Below, piece after piece: positions 47,315 through 56,760 of a stretch of DNA of 64,000 bases (positions within the stretch are counted from its first letter, which is position 1; the number at the start of each line of letters is the position of its first letter). Under the pieces are notes generated by a model. That model had not been told where the DNA came from. It searched no databases and saw nothing but the letters and a program-made list of their open reading frames with translations. A program made the position numbers and the translations under genes. The stretch lies in the IMG/VR virus record IMGVR_UViG_3300020577_007794, one strand, 5' to 3'. Origin of the DNA: a virus. Taxonomy: Duplodnaviria > Caudoviricetes.

Positions 47315-47987
47315 TGATCCAAGTATCTATCATAGGTTTTAGGTTTTCTGAAAAGTCATTGTAAAGCTTATCATACTCCCTAAAGTTTATTATATCAAAA
47401 TCACACTCAAAATTAAGGTGTTCTTTTTCTGAAGGATTGTCGTCAATTTCTGTGGGATCATCTGGCCAGATAACTTTTACAACTTTACCGCCAAGTTTTT
47501 TCAACCAGTCATACTCAGATTGGAATCTTAGATCAGGGATAACAATTAAATTGTATCCTGGTTTAGCTGGCATATTTGAAACCCTATTTTCCCACTTCTT
47601 TATCCAGATATCTTCTCCATGGAGAGTTTTAAATGTCTGACCAAAAGAAACAATAAAAGGTCTAAACAATTCTTTTAGTTCAATATCTACACCATTTACA
47701 GATACTTTATCACGACTTAAAAACTTGTGAAGAATATCTTCATGTGAAGAGATCAATTTAGAGACTTCTTTTTGGTTAGCAAACATATTTTCTATGCCGC
47801 CATAACAAAGGGCTTTTGCTGCCCTTTCTCTAACTTCCGTTGCAAATGCAAGAGATGCTGTGTTAGGATAAAAAGACGGAAAGAAGCTCGTTAAGGTATC
47901 TTTACCCGCCCCCTTCCTTCCACAAATACCAATAATAAGAACTTTACTTGAAAATATATCCATAGTTTTAAAAATCATAACCAGCAT
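47289..47987 (-). CDS. deoxynucleoside monophosphate kinase
   Basis: IIGICGRKGAGKDT, FA, R......G, ED.W, IPDLRF..E, H/PSE. Confidence 0.85.
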   Translation of the reverse strand: MLVMIFKTMDIFSSKVLIIGICGRKGAGKDTLTSFFPSFYPNTASLAFATEVRERAAKALCYGGIENMFANQKEVSKLISSHEDILHKFLSRDKVSVNGVDIELKELFRPFIVSFGQTFKTLHGEDIWIKKWENRVSNMPAKPGYNLIVIPDLRFQSEYDWLKKLGGKVVKVIWPDDPTEIDDNPSEKEHLNFECDFDIINFREYDKLYNDFSENLKPMIDTWINERAESGF

Positions 47988-48981
47988 ATACTGCTGCTTG
48001 TCTGAAGGTTTCTGCTAGTTTAGCATAACCATACGCCTGAGCCTCTTTGTTGTTTTCTCGCATTATAGCTGCAGGATGTGTTTGGAAGAAGATCCTCCCA
48101 TACTTAGTATCTAAAACTTGTCCTGGAGCTACTCCTGCTGCGGCCACATCACTGCCTAGAAAGCTCTCTAAGGCCGGTCTACCAAGACATACGATAGATT
48201 TAGGCTGGGTCAATGCCCAGTGACAGAGAAGCCATTTCTTACAGCTTTTTCGTGGCACACTTTCTGGTGTCGTATCCTGAAATCTTATTGGATCGTAGGA
48301 TCTGCACAGAACAGAGTTAGTGATAAACCATGGCGAGACATCAACTCCAGCATAATTTGGGTTGTCCTTCTTCCATTTATTTATCCAATTCTGTCTAGGC
48401 ATCATAGTACCAAATGTTGTTAGAATTATGCCATCTATGATTGACCCCGCACTTCGCAAGTAAAAACCTTCTTTAGGTAAAGTAGGAGTAGTACTTGGAA
48501 CATTAGCGCAGATAACATGTTTAGCTCTTCTACCCCAATCATCTGGAGCTTTAAGAAGTCTATGAGAATAACATTTTTGACTTTTTGTGCATAGATTACA
48601 TCTGCTATTTACAAGTTCTTTTGGACCTACTAAAGGAATCCCTGATAGATCCTCCAAAAAGCCTGGACCTTCTCCTACAACTAGAATATCCGAACTTATT
48701 CCACCATCTGGTTGAACAACAAGTGTTCTACCTTCACACAAAGCACAAGCTTGACATTTAGTTGTTTCATTATAGAGATAGTCAAAAAATTCTTCATCTG
48801 TTGCTGGAATTTTAGTCAAATCCTCTACTTCAGCCCAGTGTTCAACAAGTTTCTTGTCCCTTAGCATAATTTTTTGCACATAGGGCGGTACTTGTTCAAA
48901 GAATAGTTTTTCTGCCTTTTTAAACTTCTTGTAGGCTTCTGCTTCCAGTATTGTGAAATTGTGTTCTATCTTGTTTTCCAT
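47968..48981 (-). CDS. family-4-like uracil-DNA glycosylase with Cys-rich insertion
   Basis: C.AC.LC..R..VV, VGEGPG..ED..G.P.VG, ITN.V.CR, C..WL, IVCLG..A, HPAA. Confidence 0.8.
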   Translation of the reverse strand: MENKIEHNFTILEAEAYKKFKKAEKLFFEQVPPYVQKIMLRDKKLVEHWAEVEDLTKIPATDEEFFDYLYNETTKCQACALCEGRTLVVQPDGGISSDILVVGEGPGFLEDLSGIPLVGPKELVNSRCNLCTKSQKCYSHRLLKAPDDWGRRAKHVICANVPSTTPTLPKEGFYLRSAGSIIDGIILTTFGTMMPRQNWINKWKKDNPNYAGVDVSPWFITNSVLCRSYDPIRFQDTTPESVPRKSCKKWLLCHWALTQPKSIVCLGRPALESFLGSDVAAAGVAPGQVLDTKYGRIFFQTHPAAIMRENNKEAQAYGYAKLAETFRQAAVYAGYDF

Positions 48982-49964
48982 GCTTGCTCGAGAAGAAAAT
49001 AAAGATCCTCCTCCCCTTCCGAAACTAAGAAAGAATCTAAATCCTGCTTAGTTTGGTTTGTTAATAGTGGTAAAGTAACTTTTACAGCGTTCGGTAGTGT
49101 TTTAGCTAAGTATTCAGCTTGAAAGGTTGATAATGAAACTTCATTAGGTTTAATTTCATTATCGTAGATTATAAAGATTCTCTGTATTTTACCTTTTTTT
49201 ATATATTTAGGCAAGTGCAATACTGCTGCAGAAGCTCCATTAATTCCATTAGTTGATGCTGCTGTAAAGCCTAAGTCACAAGCAGCAGCAGCTTTAAACT
49301 CCCCTTCAGTGATTATAACATCCCCACATAAAGGTTTGGGGCACCATAAATGCTTAGCTATCTTAGAGCCAAAAGGTATTGCATACTTTGGTTCTTGCTC
49401 AAAATCTAAAGGATCAACTCTAGTTTTGCAGCCAATTATAGAATCTTCAACCCAGTACGGGATAAAAATTCTATCAGGCTTGAGTGCTGGCCAACCTGTT
49501 ATACCACTCTTTAGTGAAGGCTTAAAAAAGCCACTAGCAAGAAGTTCTTCAATAGTAAAAACTCTTTGTAAGTGGGCCTCCACTTGGAAAGGCACTGTTG
49601 ATATTCTATACTTATCGGGGTTGTAAAGACCTCTTTCTTTTAAGTATTTTCTGTGCTCGTTGGAGAGAGTAAGATTATCACAAAGCCAGTGTAAAACTCG
49701 TAGATGCATATTATGATCTACTCTAGTTCTACTTGATGTTGTCTTAGAAGCAATTAAAGGTTTCTCACCTTTACCAAAAAAGCAGACAAAACAATAAAAT
49801 ACTCCAGCATCTAAACTTGCAACCAGAGATTTATGGCCGCATTTAGGGCAGATAAACTTTATTTCGGAACCAGTGTTTGACACCGGTGTTCCAAATTTTT
49901 TTATTAGTTCGTCTTCTAAGCTGTTTACCATGTTTTTAGGGAATCTAATGGATACAGTTCCCAA
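48966..49964 (-). CDS. DNA primase (Zn finger plus TOPRIM)
   Basis: CPKC...CFVC, YL..RGL, ITEGEFKA, IYDNE, K.DLD.FL. Confidence 0.85.
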   Translation of the reverse strand: MGTVSIRFPKNMVNSLEDELIKKFGTPVSNTGSEIKFICPKCGHKSLVASLDAGVFYCFVCFFGKGEKPLIASKTTSSRTRVDHNMHLRVLHWLCDNLTLSNEHRKYLKERGLYNPDKYRISTVPFQVEAHLQRVFTIEELLASGFFKPSLKSGITGWPALKPDRIFIPYWVEDSIIGCKTRVDPLDFEQEPKYAIPFGSKIAKHLWCPKPLCGDVIITEGEFKAAAACDLGFTAASTNGINGASAAVLHLPKYIKKGKIQRIFIIYDNEIKPNEVSLSTFQAEYLAKTLPNAVKVTLPLLTNQTKQDLDSFLVSEGEEDLYFLLEQAWKTR

Positions 49965-50191
49965 GTCTGTTTAGGTGTTTCTATAAATTGCGGAAGGCTG
50001 TCATGTTTAACTTCTCGAGTAGACCATTCTTGAGTTGTTTTTTGTCCACCTATCGGGTAGTAAACATAGCCGTCCTTAAAAAAGAAAATTGCAAGGGCAA
50101 CTTCATGATCTAATTCATATGTTTCTAAGATTCGAAACCAGTTGTATTGAAGGGTTAGTGTTTCGGAATTAGTTTGCTTAACCTCAACCAA
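49925..50191 (-). CDS. hypothetical protein
   Basis: 88 aa; start uncertain. Confidence 0.4.
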   Translation of the reverse strand: MVEVKQTNSETLTLQYNWFRILETYELDHEVALAIFFFKDGYVYYPIGGQKTTQEWSTREVKHDSLPQFIETPKQTWELYPLDSLKTW

Positions 50192-50231
50192 CCTACTTCG
50201 CCCATTAATGGCATCTCCTCTTATAAATTTA

Positions 50232-50274
50232 TTGCCAGAACCGGGGGTAATTTTACCCCCGATAAGTCTGGCAA
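50232..50274. repeat. nested inverted repeat (long hairpin) in an intergenic gap
   Basis: ttgccaga..cgggggtaa-tt-ttacccccg.....tctggcaa; the T-tract follows on the plus strand. Confidence 0.7.
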
Positions 50275-50297
50275 CTTTTTGTTCTGCTGTCTTCCAG

Positions 50298-50504
50298 TTA
50301 GGAGTTATTTTTAAACCCCCTTTTGATGTCAGAAACTATTCTTTTATGTGCGAATTTACTCGCAGTTGAAGAACTTACAGTTGTAATAATTTCTTTACCA
50401 CCTGAATTTTTGCATTTCAATATGTAGTGTTTCTTATGTCGAAGGACTTCAATAGTTATTTTTTCTTTTTTTAAGACATCTTGTATTTCTCTTAAAAATT
50501 TCAT
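50298..50504 (-). CDS. HicA-like small basic protein
   Basis: 68 aa alpha-beta-beta-beta-alpha pattern with KHY in the hairpin; TVS.S.......I.SDIKR. Confidence 0.45.
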   Translation of the reverse strand: MKFLREIQDVLKKEKITIEVLRHKKHYILKCKNSGGKEIITTVSSSTASKFAHKRIVSDIKRGFKNNS

Positions 50505-50514
50505 TTAACTATTA

Positions 50515-50955
50515 TCAGCCTTCGTACTTAGTTATTTCTACCTTTAGATATGGTTGGTTTTGTTTATGCTTATCTGCTTCTGACTGAGAAGATTCAACAA
50601 AATACTCAAGAACTTCTCCTGAATTGCTTTTAATAAAAGACATTAATTCATCAGAAGTCAGCTCTTTTATGTTTAAATCTCCATCATCACTATCATACGC
50701 AGGAGAGTCATCAAAGAAATCAGAGTTATCATAAAGGTAATCTGTTATCTGGCCATAAAGTACAACCTTCTCTTCACCCTTGGTGATATTCTTAAAGTCA
50801 TCTGTTTCTTCAATTTGAAGAAGTTGTGCTGATAAAGTTTCTTTCAAAAGCTCAAAAGGTATAGGAGAGCTTTCTTGATCAGAGTAAGGTGTTTTCCCAC
50901 CAAGTACTGATCTAAGTGTCATTAATAGGGATCTTAGTTCTTTCGTCATTATCAA
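50515..50955 (-). CDS. hypothetical acidic protein
   Basis: 146 aa ORF. Confidence 0.55.
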   Translation of the reverse strand: MIMTKELRSLLMTLRSVLGGKTPYSDQESSPIPFELLKETLSAQLLQIEETDDFKNITKGEEKVVLYGQITDYLYDNSDFFDDSPAYDSDDGDLNIKELTSDELMSFIKSNSGEVLEYFVESSQSEADKHKQNQPYLKVEITKYEG

Positions 50956-51428
50956 TACCTGCTACTACTATTCCTTAGAGTCATTATTCTATTCAGAAGG
51001 TAGGATCCTTTTTTCTCTAGAAGGTCTTCTAAACCTTCCAAAGAAGAACCAGCCTTTCTAGCATAGTACTCTCTAGCGTCGTGTGCAATAGGTTTTTTCT
51101 TTACGTCATCTGCTGGTGCTTCCAACATCTTAATATAAAGGTCACTTTTAGTTCTTCTAAAAATAGCTTTACATAGACCAGAAATATCAGCATGAGCTTC
51201 TTGAAGCATAAATAGATGTTCCAGCAATAATTCTGGGTCTTCTCTATGTTCAATTTCGTAAAATCTAGCAACCGCTATTAACCAGTTATTAGCTGAAGGA
51301 AACAACAGTTCGTCTTGTATTTTTATAAGCTCTTCTGGTGTAGCATCTCTGCTAGCAATAAGAGCCTTAAAAAAGGTTGTTGAGGGCGGGAGTTTAACTC
51401 CCATAATTTCTACGTTCTTTTCGCTCAC
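50952..51428 (-). CDS. hypothetical helical protein (possibly a UvsY-like mediator)
   Basis: All-helical, next to the helicase; the family call is weak. Confidence 0.4.
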   Translation of the reverse strand: MSEKNVEIMGVKLPPSTTFFKALIASRDATPEELIKIQDELLFPSANNWLIAVARFYEIEHREDPELLLEHLFMLQEAHADISGLCKAIFRRTKSDLYIKMLEAPADDVKKKPIAHDAREYYARKAGSSLEGLEDLLEKKGSYLLNRIMTLRNSSSRY

Positions 51429-52483
51429 TTAGCCTTCCTCCCCTTCCATAACTCATAATAAGATGTATATGATATAGGCGGAATAGGGGTCATTCTACAG
51501 GATCCACTATTAAGGATCATAAACAAAGGATAGTCCCACTCAGAAACTTTAGTCTTATGGACTTCTAAGGTTAGAATTGGGTGAAGATCACCGACTTCAT
51601 CCTCCCACATTAAAGGATCAGATAAAGCATTTTCTCTATACTCATTTCTAGCAATCATAATAGAGACTGCATCAAACTCCATATTGGAAGTACCTTTTAT
51701 GTCTTGAACGCTTGGTCTTTTTTCTAATGATTTTCTAAGATGAGATGAAAGAAAGAGTTTAACCTCATATTCTTCAGAAGCAGATTGAAGCCTCTTCAAC
51801 ATTTCGTTATATATCTGAAGCTCACTATAACCTTTAAGGCTTCCTGTATCTAGGTTATTCCATCCATCTACAAAGAACACAAGTTTAGCTGAAGGGAATT
51901 GACTTCTATATGTTTTCATTTTTCTAATGATAACATTGAAATCTCTAACATTTACCCTAGCTTTATTAGGTACAGTTTCAACATGACTAAATGGTACTAA
52001 TCTACCAGAACTAACCCAGTCAAAGAACTTGTTTCTAGCCTCTTCATACATAGAAGCTTTTACTGATTTTAGTTCACCTACTTGAGCAATATCTATAAAA
52101 CGTAGACCGCTTATATTTGCTATGATTTGTTGAAGCCTTTTTCTAGGAGGATCATCAAAAGAAAAGTCTAAAACAATAGTATCTTCATTTGATTCTAAAA
52201 CACCAGTCATTGTCGAAACAAAGGCAGTTGATTTACCTGCATTTGCTCTACCAGCAAGGCATAGAATTCCCGAAGTATAGTCATTCAAAGCTTGATCAAA
52301 GGTGGGGACACCATCAGAGAAATTTCTCTTTGGTATTCTAATGATTGAATCATTTTCCCCAGAATCAAAGTAACTCATATGAGGCTTTCCGGTACTATTT
52401 TTTACCATCTTTTCCTCAACTTCTAAAAATTTATTAACTAAAAAGTCTGTATCAACATAATCTATCGCTGTTGGATCGTTCAT
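51425..52483 (-). CDS. dnaB: DnaB-like SF4 replicative helicase
   Basis: LAGRANAGKST, FS.D, VD...L, SHL.K....RP...DIKGT...E.DA. Confidence 0.85.
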   Translation of the reverse strand: MNDPTAIDYVDTDFLVNKFLEVEEKMVKNSTGKPHMSYFDSGENDSIIRIPKRNFSDGVPTFDQALNDYTSGILCLAGRANAGKSTAFVSTMTGVLESNEDTIVLDFSFDDPPRKRLQQIIANISGLRFIDIAQVGELKSVKASMYEEARNKFFDWVSSGRLVPFSHVETVPNKARVNVRDFNVIIRKMKTYRSQFPSAKLVFFVDGWNNLDTGSLKGYSELQIYNEMLKRLQSASEEYEVKLFLSSHLRKSLEKRPSVQDIKGTSNMEFDAVSIMIARNEYRENALSDPLMWEDEVGDLHPILTLEVHKTKVSEWDYPLFMILNSGSCRMTPIPPISYTSYYELWKGRKAK

Positions 52484-52953
52484 TTAGAGATTCGTTCTTC
52501 CAAAATTAAGCGTTTTACATTAGTTATTGCAATTGGTGCATAGTCTAGTATAGAGAGTATACTTGGTCTTTGATTCTTTTTAGAGTCTGAAGGGACTATT
52601 TCGTCTATAGAGAAAAGAACAACATCTAATCCTAGAGAATTTACAGAATTATAGATGAAGTCAATTTCTTTTTGATCAGGTTCTTTCTCAGTTTCTAATA
52701 ACTTCTCTCTCTGTGTTTTAAGATCTTCTTTCGAAATATGAAGACCTAATGGGGATGCTTCCTGGTAATTAAATGACAGAATAAAGTATGCCCAAAGATC
52801 TTGCACTGTATAAGATGTTTTTCTATGAATAATGTTCTTATCCATATACTTTAACTGCCTATGAAGAAAGAGTGTTTTAGAGGGGCCAGAATCCGATATG
52901 AGGTTATCATCTAAAGATGCCATATTTTTTGCACTCAGCATTAAGAAGGTCAT
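52480..52953 (-). CDS. hypothetical protein upstream of the helicase
   Basis: 157 aa; ATG 52923 may be the true start. Confidence 0.5.
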   Translation of the reverse strand: MTFLMLSAKNMASLDDNLISDSGPSKTLFLHRQLKYMDKNIIHRKTSYTVQDLWAYFILSFNYQEASPLGLHISKEDLKTQREKLLETEKEPDQKEIDFIYNSVNSLGLDVVLFSIDEIVPSDSKKNQRPSILSILDYAPIAITNVKRLILEERISK

Positions 52954-53029
52954 AATCTTCTTTCAAAGAAGTAACCTCCTTACTTAGCTCAGCTATCCTC
53001 CATATGAGAGTCTTCTGGTTTAGTGTCAT
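52907..53029 (-). CDS. small coiled-coil protein (40 aa, not in track)
   Basis: MTLNQKTLIWRIAELSKEVTSLKEDYDLLNAECKKYGIFR fills the gap between neighbours. Confidence 0.35.
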   Translation of the reverse strand: MTLNQKTLIWRIAELSKEVTSLKEDYDLLNAECKKYGIFR

Positions 53030-53291
53030 CTGGTTCTGAGAATTGTTTAATAAATTGTTCTTCTTGTGAGTCTTCAATTTTCTCATATTCTTGATTTTTC
53101 AAAGGCTTACCAACATGATAAGATTTACAGCAAACACAATAAAATACACGAGATTTTCGTCCTGCGTCCCCCCTTCTTGCTATTAGTTTTTTTCTATTCT
53201 TAATAGCATCCGCTTTCGTAGGAAATTTTGCTTTCTTCTTACACACAGATGGTTTTTGGTTAATATAAAAGGAAAAGAGTGAGGAATTCAT
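52989..53291 (-). CDS. small Zn-binding phage protein
   Basis: C..K..F.TK..A ... Y.C..C..YH. Confidence 0.55.
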   Translation of the reverse strand: MNSSLFSFYINQKPSVCKKKAKFPTKADAIKNRKKLIARRGDAGRKSRVFYCVCCKSYHVGKPLKNQEYEKIEDSQEEQFIKQFSEPDDTKPEDSHMEDS

Positions 53292-53297
53292 AGGTAA

Positions 53298-53618
53298 TTA
53301 ATCAATAACTTTTTTTTGAAGTTTGTCAAATATGTTTGGAAATGGATCGCCTTTTAAGTCATGAACAAATTGCCCAGCAATATCCATAAGGTCTACATCA
53401 TAGAGAGGTTCTAGCAGTTTCCTTGGTTCATAAATTTGGGCCTTGTATATGCCCTTGCAAAAAGTACCAATGATGATACCATCAGTACCTTCCTCCATTT
53501 CTAACATTTCGTCGTCAAGGGGAATAATAGTAAATTGTTCTTTTGTTGATCTGTCTTGGACTATTACCTCCCCTTTACTTGTATGTGATACAATTGAGCC
53601 GATTATAACAAATGTCAT
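53298..53618 (-). CDS. hypothetical OB-fold-like protein
   Basis: Beta-strand pattern IIGSI ... IIIGT. Confidence 0.45.
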   Translation of the reverse strand: MTFVIIGSIVSHTSKGEVIVQDRSTKEQFTIIPLDDEMLEMEEGTDGIIIGTFCKGIYKAQIYEPRKLLEPLYDVDLMDIAGQFVHDLKGDPFPNIFDKLQKKVID

Positions 53619-54070
53619 GCTGTGGATTCCAGAGACTTAGCCCATTTCTTAAGACCTGCTATTAGAGCTGTTGTCTGCAACATAGTATACCCTTTAGCAG
53701 AGGTATTTATCTTTTCAATACCTAAAGTCTCACAAAGAATATTAAGCTCTTTTTGTTTATGCTCATCACATGGACTTTGAAGGAGTTTAAGAGTTTCTTC
53801 GTCTAGAAGATTTCCTTCCTTGTATCCCTTCATTACTGCATCTTGTGTAAGAGAAATAACAATGTCAGGATAGTGATTTTTATTAGCCACTTCTAGTTGA
53901 GATTTACATTTTTCAACTGCAGTATCCATGGCTTTTTGAATATCTGCTTCACTATCAGAAGTAGCAATGGCAAAGTTAGATACTGTTTCTGTGCCCTCAG
54001 AGCACTCAACAGTAACAACTATCCCACCACCACGCATTCTCTCAATTGGGTGAGGTAATCTAATTATCAT
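53615..54070 (-). CDS. hypothetical protein
   Basis: 151 aa ORF. Confidence 0.55.
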   Translation of the reverse strand: MIIRLPHPIERMRGGGIVVTVECSEGTETVSNFAIATSDSEADIQKAMDTAVEKCKSQLEVANKNHYPDIVISLTQDAVMKGYKEGNLLDEETLKLLQSPCDEHKQKELNILCETLGIEKINTSAKGYTMLQTTALIAGLKKWAKSLESTA

Positions 54071-54829
54071 TTAAAATCCTTTCGCTAATACTTTTGCAAG
54101 AAAAGCCCAAAAACCTTTTTGTGTCACTGGGCCGTAATTGAAAACTTCTGTTTTCTGTTTGCCATTTTCTACTTCTAAGAAAGCACTCTCAAAGCCAGGA
54201 GACAATCTCCCAGTAAAATGGGAGACAAAATGTTCACTTTTGCCTTTCCCACCTTTCACTAAGATTTGGTGGCCATAAAGTTCTCTGTCATAATAGAACC
54301 TCTTTCCAAAACTTAAAAAGATCCTTTCTCCCCATAAGTCAGTAGCCTTGTACTTTTCTCTCTCTGCGGCTATAACAGTGTTAAGCGGATTGATCTTTCT
54401 TAAAGAAACCGCCGTCTGTTCTAAACTTCCCCCATCTGGCATCAGGCTCCCTTGATCAAAGATAAATATTATTGGTTCACCAAATTCTTGAAAAATAGCT
54501 GAAGCCAGTTCTATGACAGGGAGATGCGAAGAAGGCTGCACAAAGATAAAATTGTCTGTTTTTATATGTTGAGTCCGATCTGAGTTAAGATTTTTATTTA
54601 CATCAACATATACAACAAGGTTCTTTTTTGAAAAGTGTTCTGCAATTTGCAGACAGAAAGCTGTAATACCTACATAGGGTTCACCTTTTACAAGAGTGAA
54701 CCCACCAGATTGCAGGTGTACAGCTCTGTCAATTAACTTAGACCCTGAAGTAGAAGATCTAATCTCCTTCAAACCTTTCTTAAAAAGTTTATTATATAGG
54801 TTGCTCATCGTCTGTTGAAGGGAAATCAA
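54071..54829 (-). CDS. RecA-fold paralogue with degenerate Walker A
   Basis: ID....L..G..T...GEPYVGIT.FCLQ.A, VVYVD, IFIFD; Walker A Lys replaced by Ile. Confidence 0.7.
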   Translation of the reverse strand: MISLQQTMSNLYNKLFKKGLKEIRSSTSGSKLIDRAVHLQSGGFTLVKGEPYVGITAFCLQIAEHFSKKNLVVYVDVNKNLNSDRTQHIKTDNFIFVQPSSHLPVIELASAIFQEFGEPIIFIFDQGSLMPDGGSLEQTAVSLRKINPLNTVIAAEREKYKATDLWGERIFLSFGKRFYYDRELYGHQILVKGGKGKSEHFVSHFTGRLSPGFESAFLEVENGKQKTEVFNYGPVTQKGFWAFLAKVLAKGF

Positions 54830-55172
54830 TATCTAAGAAAGACATAACATCTCTGTGTTTCCCATTTACAATTGTTACCTTAGAGGGTTTATTTACTCGA
54901 CCGCTATCTTTGAAATAGGCTGAGTGAGCAGTTTTCCATATCTCTACCAAGCCATGGAAACAGTCATCTACTTCATCACTATCCTTTACCATTAAACTCT
55001 TTGCCTCAATAGTAGGAAGGTTTGTGTCTAAAGTAACTGTGTAACCAAATCCAGATTTAGTAGCAGTGAGTTTAAGATAAAGACCCCCATATCCAAAAAC
55101 AGTCTGCTGTTTACCAGTAATATCAATAGGGGTTTCGGTTAAATGTTCGTCAGGATTACTACTCAATATCAA
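54792..55172 (-). CDS. hypothetical protein
   Basis: 126 aa ORF. Confidence 0.5.
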   Translation of the reverse strand: MILSSNPDEHLTETPIDITGKQQTVFGYGGLYLKLTATKSGFGYTVTLDTNLPTIEAKSLMVKDSDEVDDCFHGLVEIWKTAHSAYFKDSGRVNKPSKVTIVNGKHRDVMSFLDIDFPSTDDEQPI

Positions 55173-56511
55173 TTATCTCCCCAAATGGAAAATCTTTGTA
55201 ACCATTTTTAGCTCTTACCCAAATAACAGGGTACTCGGGTTGTTCTGGAAAGTCTCCATAGCCATCTGTAAAATAGACAAATACTGACGGAGGCGCAATC
55301 TCTCCGTTTTCATACAGCTCATTTACATAAGTAATTGGCGGAACAAAAGTAGTGCCGCCCCTACCAGCTATTGAAAATTTTTCCCAGTTAATATCCTGCG
55401 AATCATCATAGACTTTAACGTCACTGATTGCATAGTCACATTGAATAACTGTTAAAGTCATAGGGTAGGTATCTCTCAAACCTTTCAACTCACCCAAAGC
55501 CTCTGAAATATCCCTGTCCGACATTGAACCAGAAGTATCTAGAGCAACGTAGACATTGTAAACAGGCTTGGGATCTAAGAGTGGAAGGATAGCAATATGA
55601 GCTTTTCTTGAATTTACTCTAAATGAGAAATCTTCCTTAACTATGCTTTGTTCAACAGAAGATCTCAATCTTCTTGTCCAGGAGATCTTAGGAGAGAAAA
55701 GGGCACTAATGTACATTTCAACCTCACCTGGACAAGAGCCTGGAGTAGAAGAATGATTTTGGGAAATTCCGCTTACTCTGGTCAAAAAGCTGGTTCTATC
55801 TGTAGACAAAGAAGAAGAATCTGCTTCTGGATCTTCTAGTGTATCGAGAAATTTATCACCAAAAGCCTCCGCCGCTATCTTTAGTTTTCCAGCATCAGAG
55901 CCTTGAGAAGCCTTAATTAGGCACTCGTAAATATAGGGCCAATCTGCATTTAAAAGACCTGGAATTTTGATGGAGTAAAAAGTATCAGAACCTGGGATCC
56001 CAATTTCTAGGACATCAGTATCTGATCCTATAAATACACCACCAGCAATATCAGTTCTAATTGCTTCCTTATAGGAAGAAAACTTGCCACCCTTGTCACA
56101 AAGAATTCTGTTAATAACAGCGTCCATTGCAATATTTTGAAGCCTGTGGTTATAGGCATTACTTGCTGGGTAGGAGCAGTGCCCTAACGATGGATGTAGA
56201 AGCTCGTGACACAAAAGAAACAATCTTGTGTCAGATTTTAGTTCTGGATAGCTCTTACAGCCATTTTTTCTTCTAGAGGAGTGGATTGGGTTGAAGAAGA
56301 TTTTAGTATAGGTGACTCCAGCAATAGGAATTTCTTGGCTTGCATTAAGAGAAAGCCCCATAATAATCATGCCAAACCATGGATGTTGAAGAAGAAGCTG
56401 ATTTCTGTCACTGGAATATGTTTCCTTAATTGCCCTAAGCTCCTCTGGTGTAGCATCAGGTGCTTTATTTTCCGGTTTAGTTTCTACTTTTTCTAACGTT
56501 GCTTCATCCAT
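55159..56511 (-). CDS. DUF2201-type metallopeptidase-vWA protein
   Basis: HELLH zincin motif, NIA.D..IN; DTSGSM MIDAS, QCD, GRGGT.F, YFTDGYG, PV.W. Confidence 0.85.
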   Translation of the reverse strand: MDEATLEKVETKPENKAPDATPEELRAIKETYSSDRNQLLLQHPWFGMIIMGLSLNASQEIPIAGVTYTKIFFNPIHSSRRKNGCKSYPELKSDTRLFLLCHELLHPSLGHCSYPASNAYNHRLQNIAMDAVINRILCDKGGKFSSYKEAIRTDIAGGVFIGSDTDVLEIGIPGSDTFYSIKIPGLLNADWPYIYECLIKASQGSDAGKLKIAAEAFGDKFLDTLEDPEADSSSLSTDRTSFLTRVSGISQNHSSTPGSCPGEVEMYISALFSPKISWTRRLRSSVEQSIVKEDFSFRVNSRKAHIAILPLLDPKPVYNVYVALDTSGSMSDRDISEALGELKGLRDTYPMTLTVIQCDYAISDVKVYDDSQDINWEKFSIAGRGGTTFVPPITYVNELYENGEIAPPSVFVYFTDGYGDFPEQPEYPVIWVRAKNGYKDFPFGEIIDIE

Positions 56512-56758
56512 TGTATAGTTCTCCTTTTTGGATAATGTCTTCTACACTATCTTCATCCTCAATGACTTTTAAGGAAATAAATCCAGCATCATAGGCCTTA
56601 AAAAATGCTTTATCATTACCAATCTGTTTCCTAAGAAATTCTTTGCCGATTTCTTTATCAACAAAGTATACCATCTTATTGTTAAAGACTAGTATGCTTT
56701 CGGGATAGTGCCCCTTATTTTTATCTATAACGGGCACTATTACTACTTTGTTGCTCAC
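56504..56758 (-). CDS. hypothetical protein
   Basis: 84 aa between the AAA and vWA genes. Confidence 0.55.
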   Translation of the reverse strand: MSNKVVIVPVIDKNKGHYPESILVFNNKMVYFVDKEIGKEFLRKQIGNDKAFFKAYDAGFISLKVIEDEDSVEDIIQKGELYNG

Positions 56759-56760
56759 AA

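Noticed and set aside
27962-52483. Inteins or introns in nrdA, nrdB, recA, polA or dnaB
   Set aside because: All are of normal or short length with contiguous motifs and no intein termini
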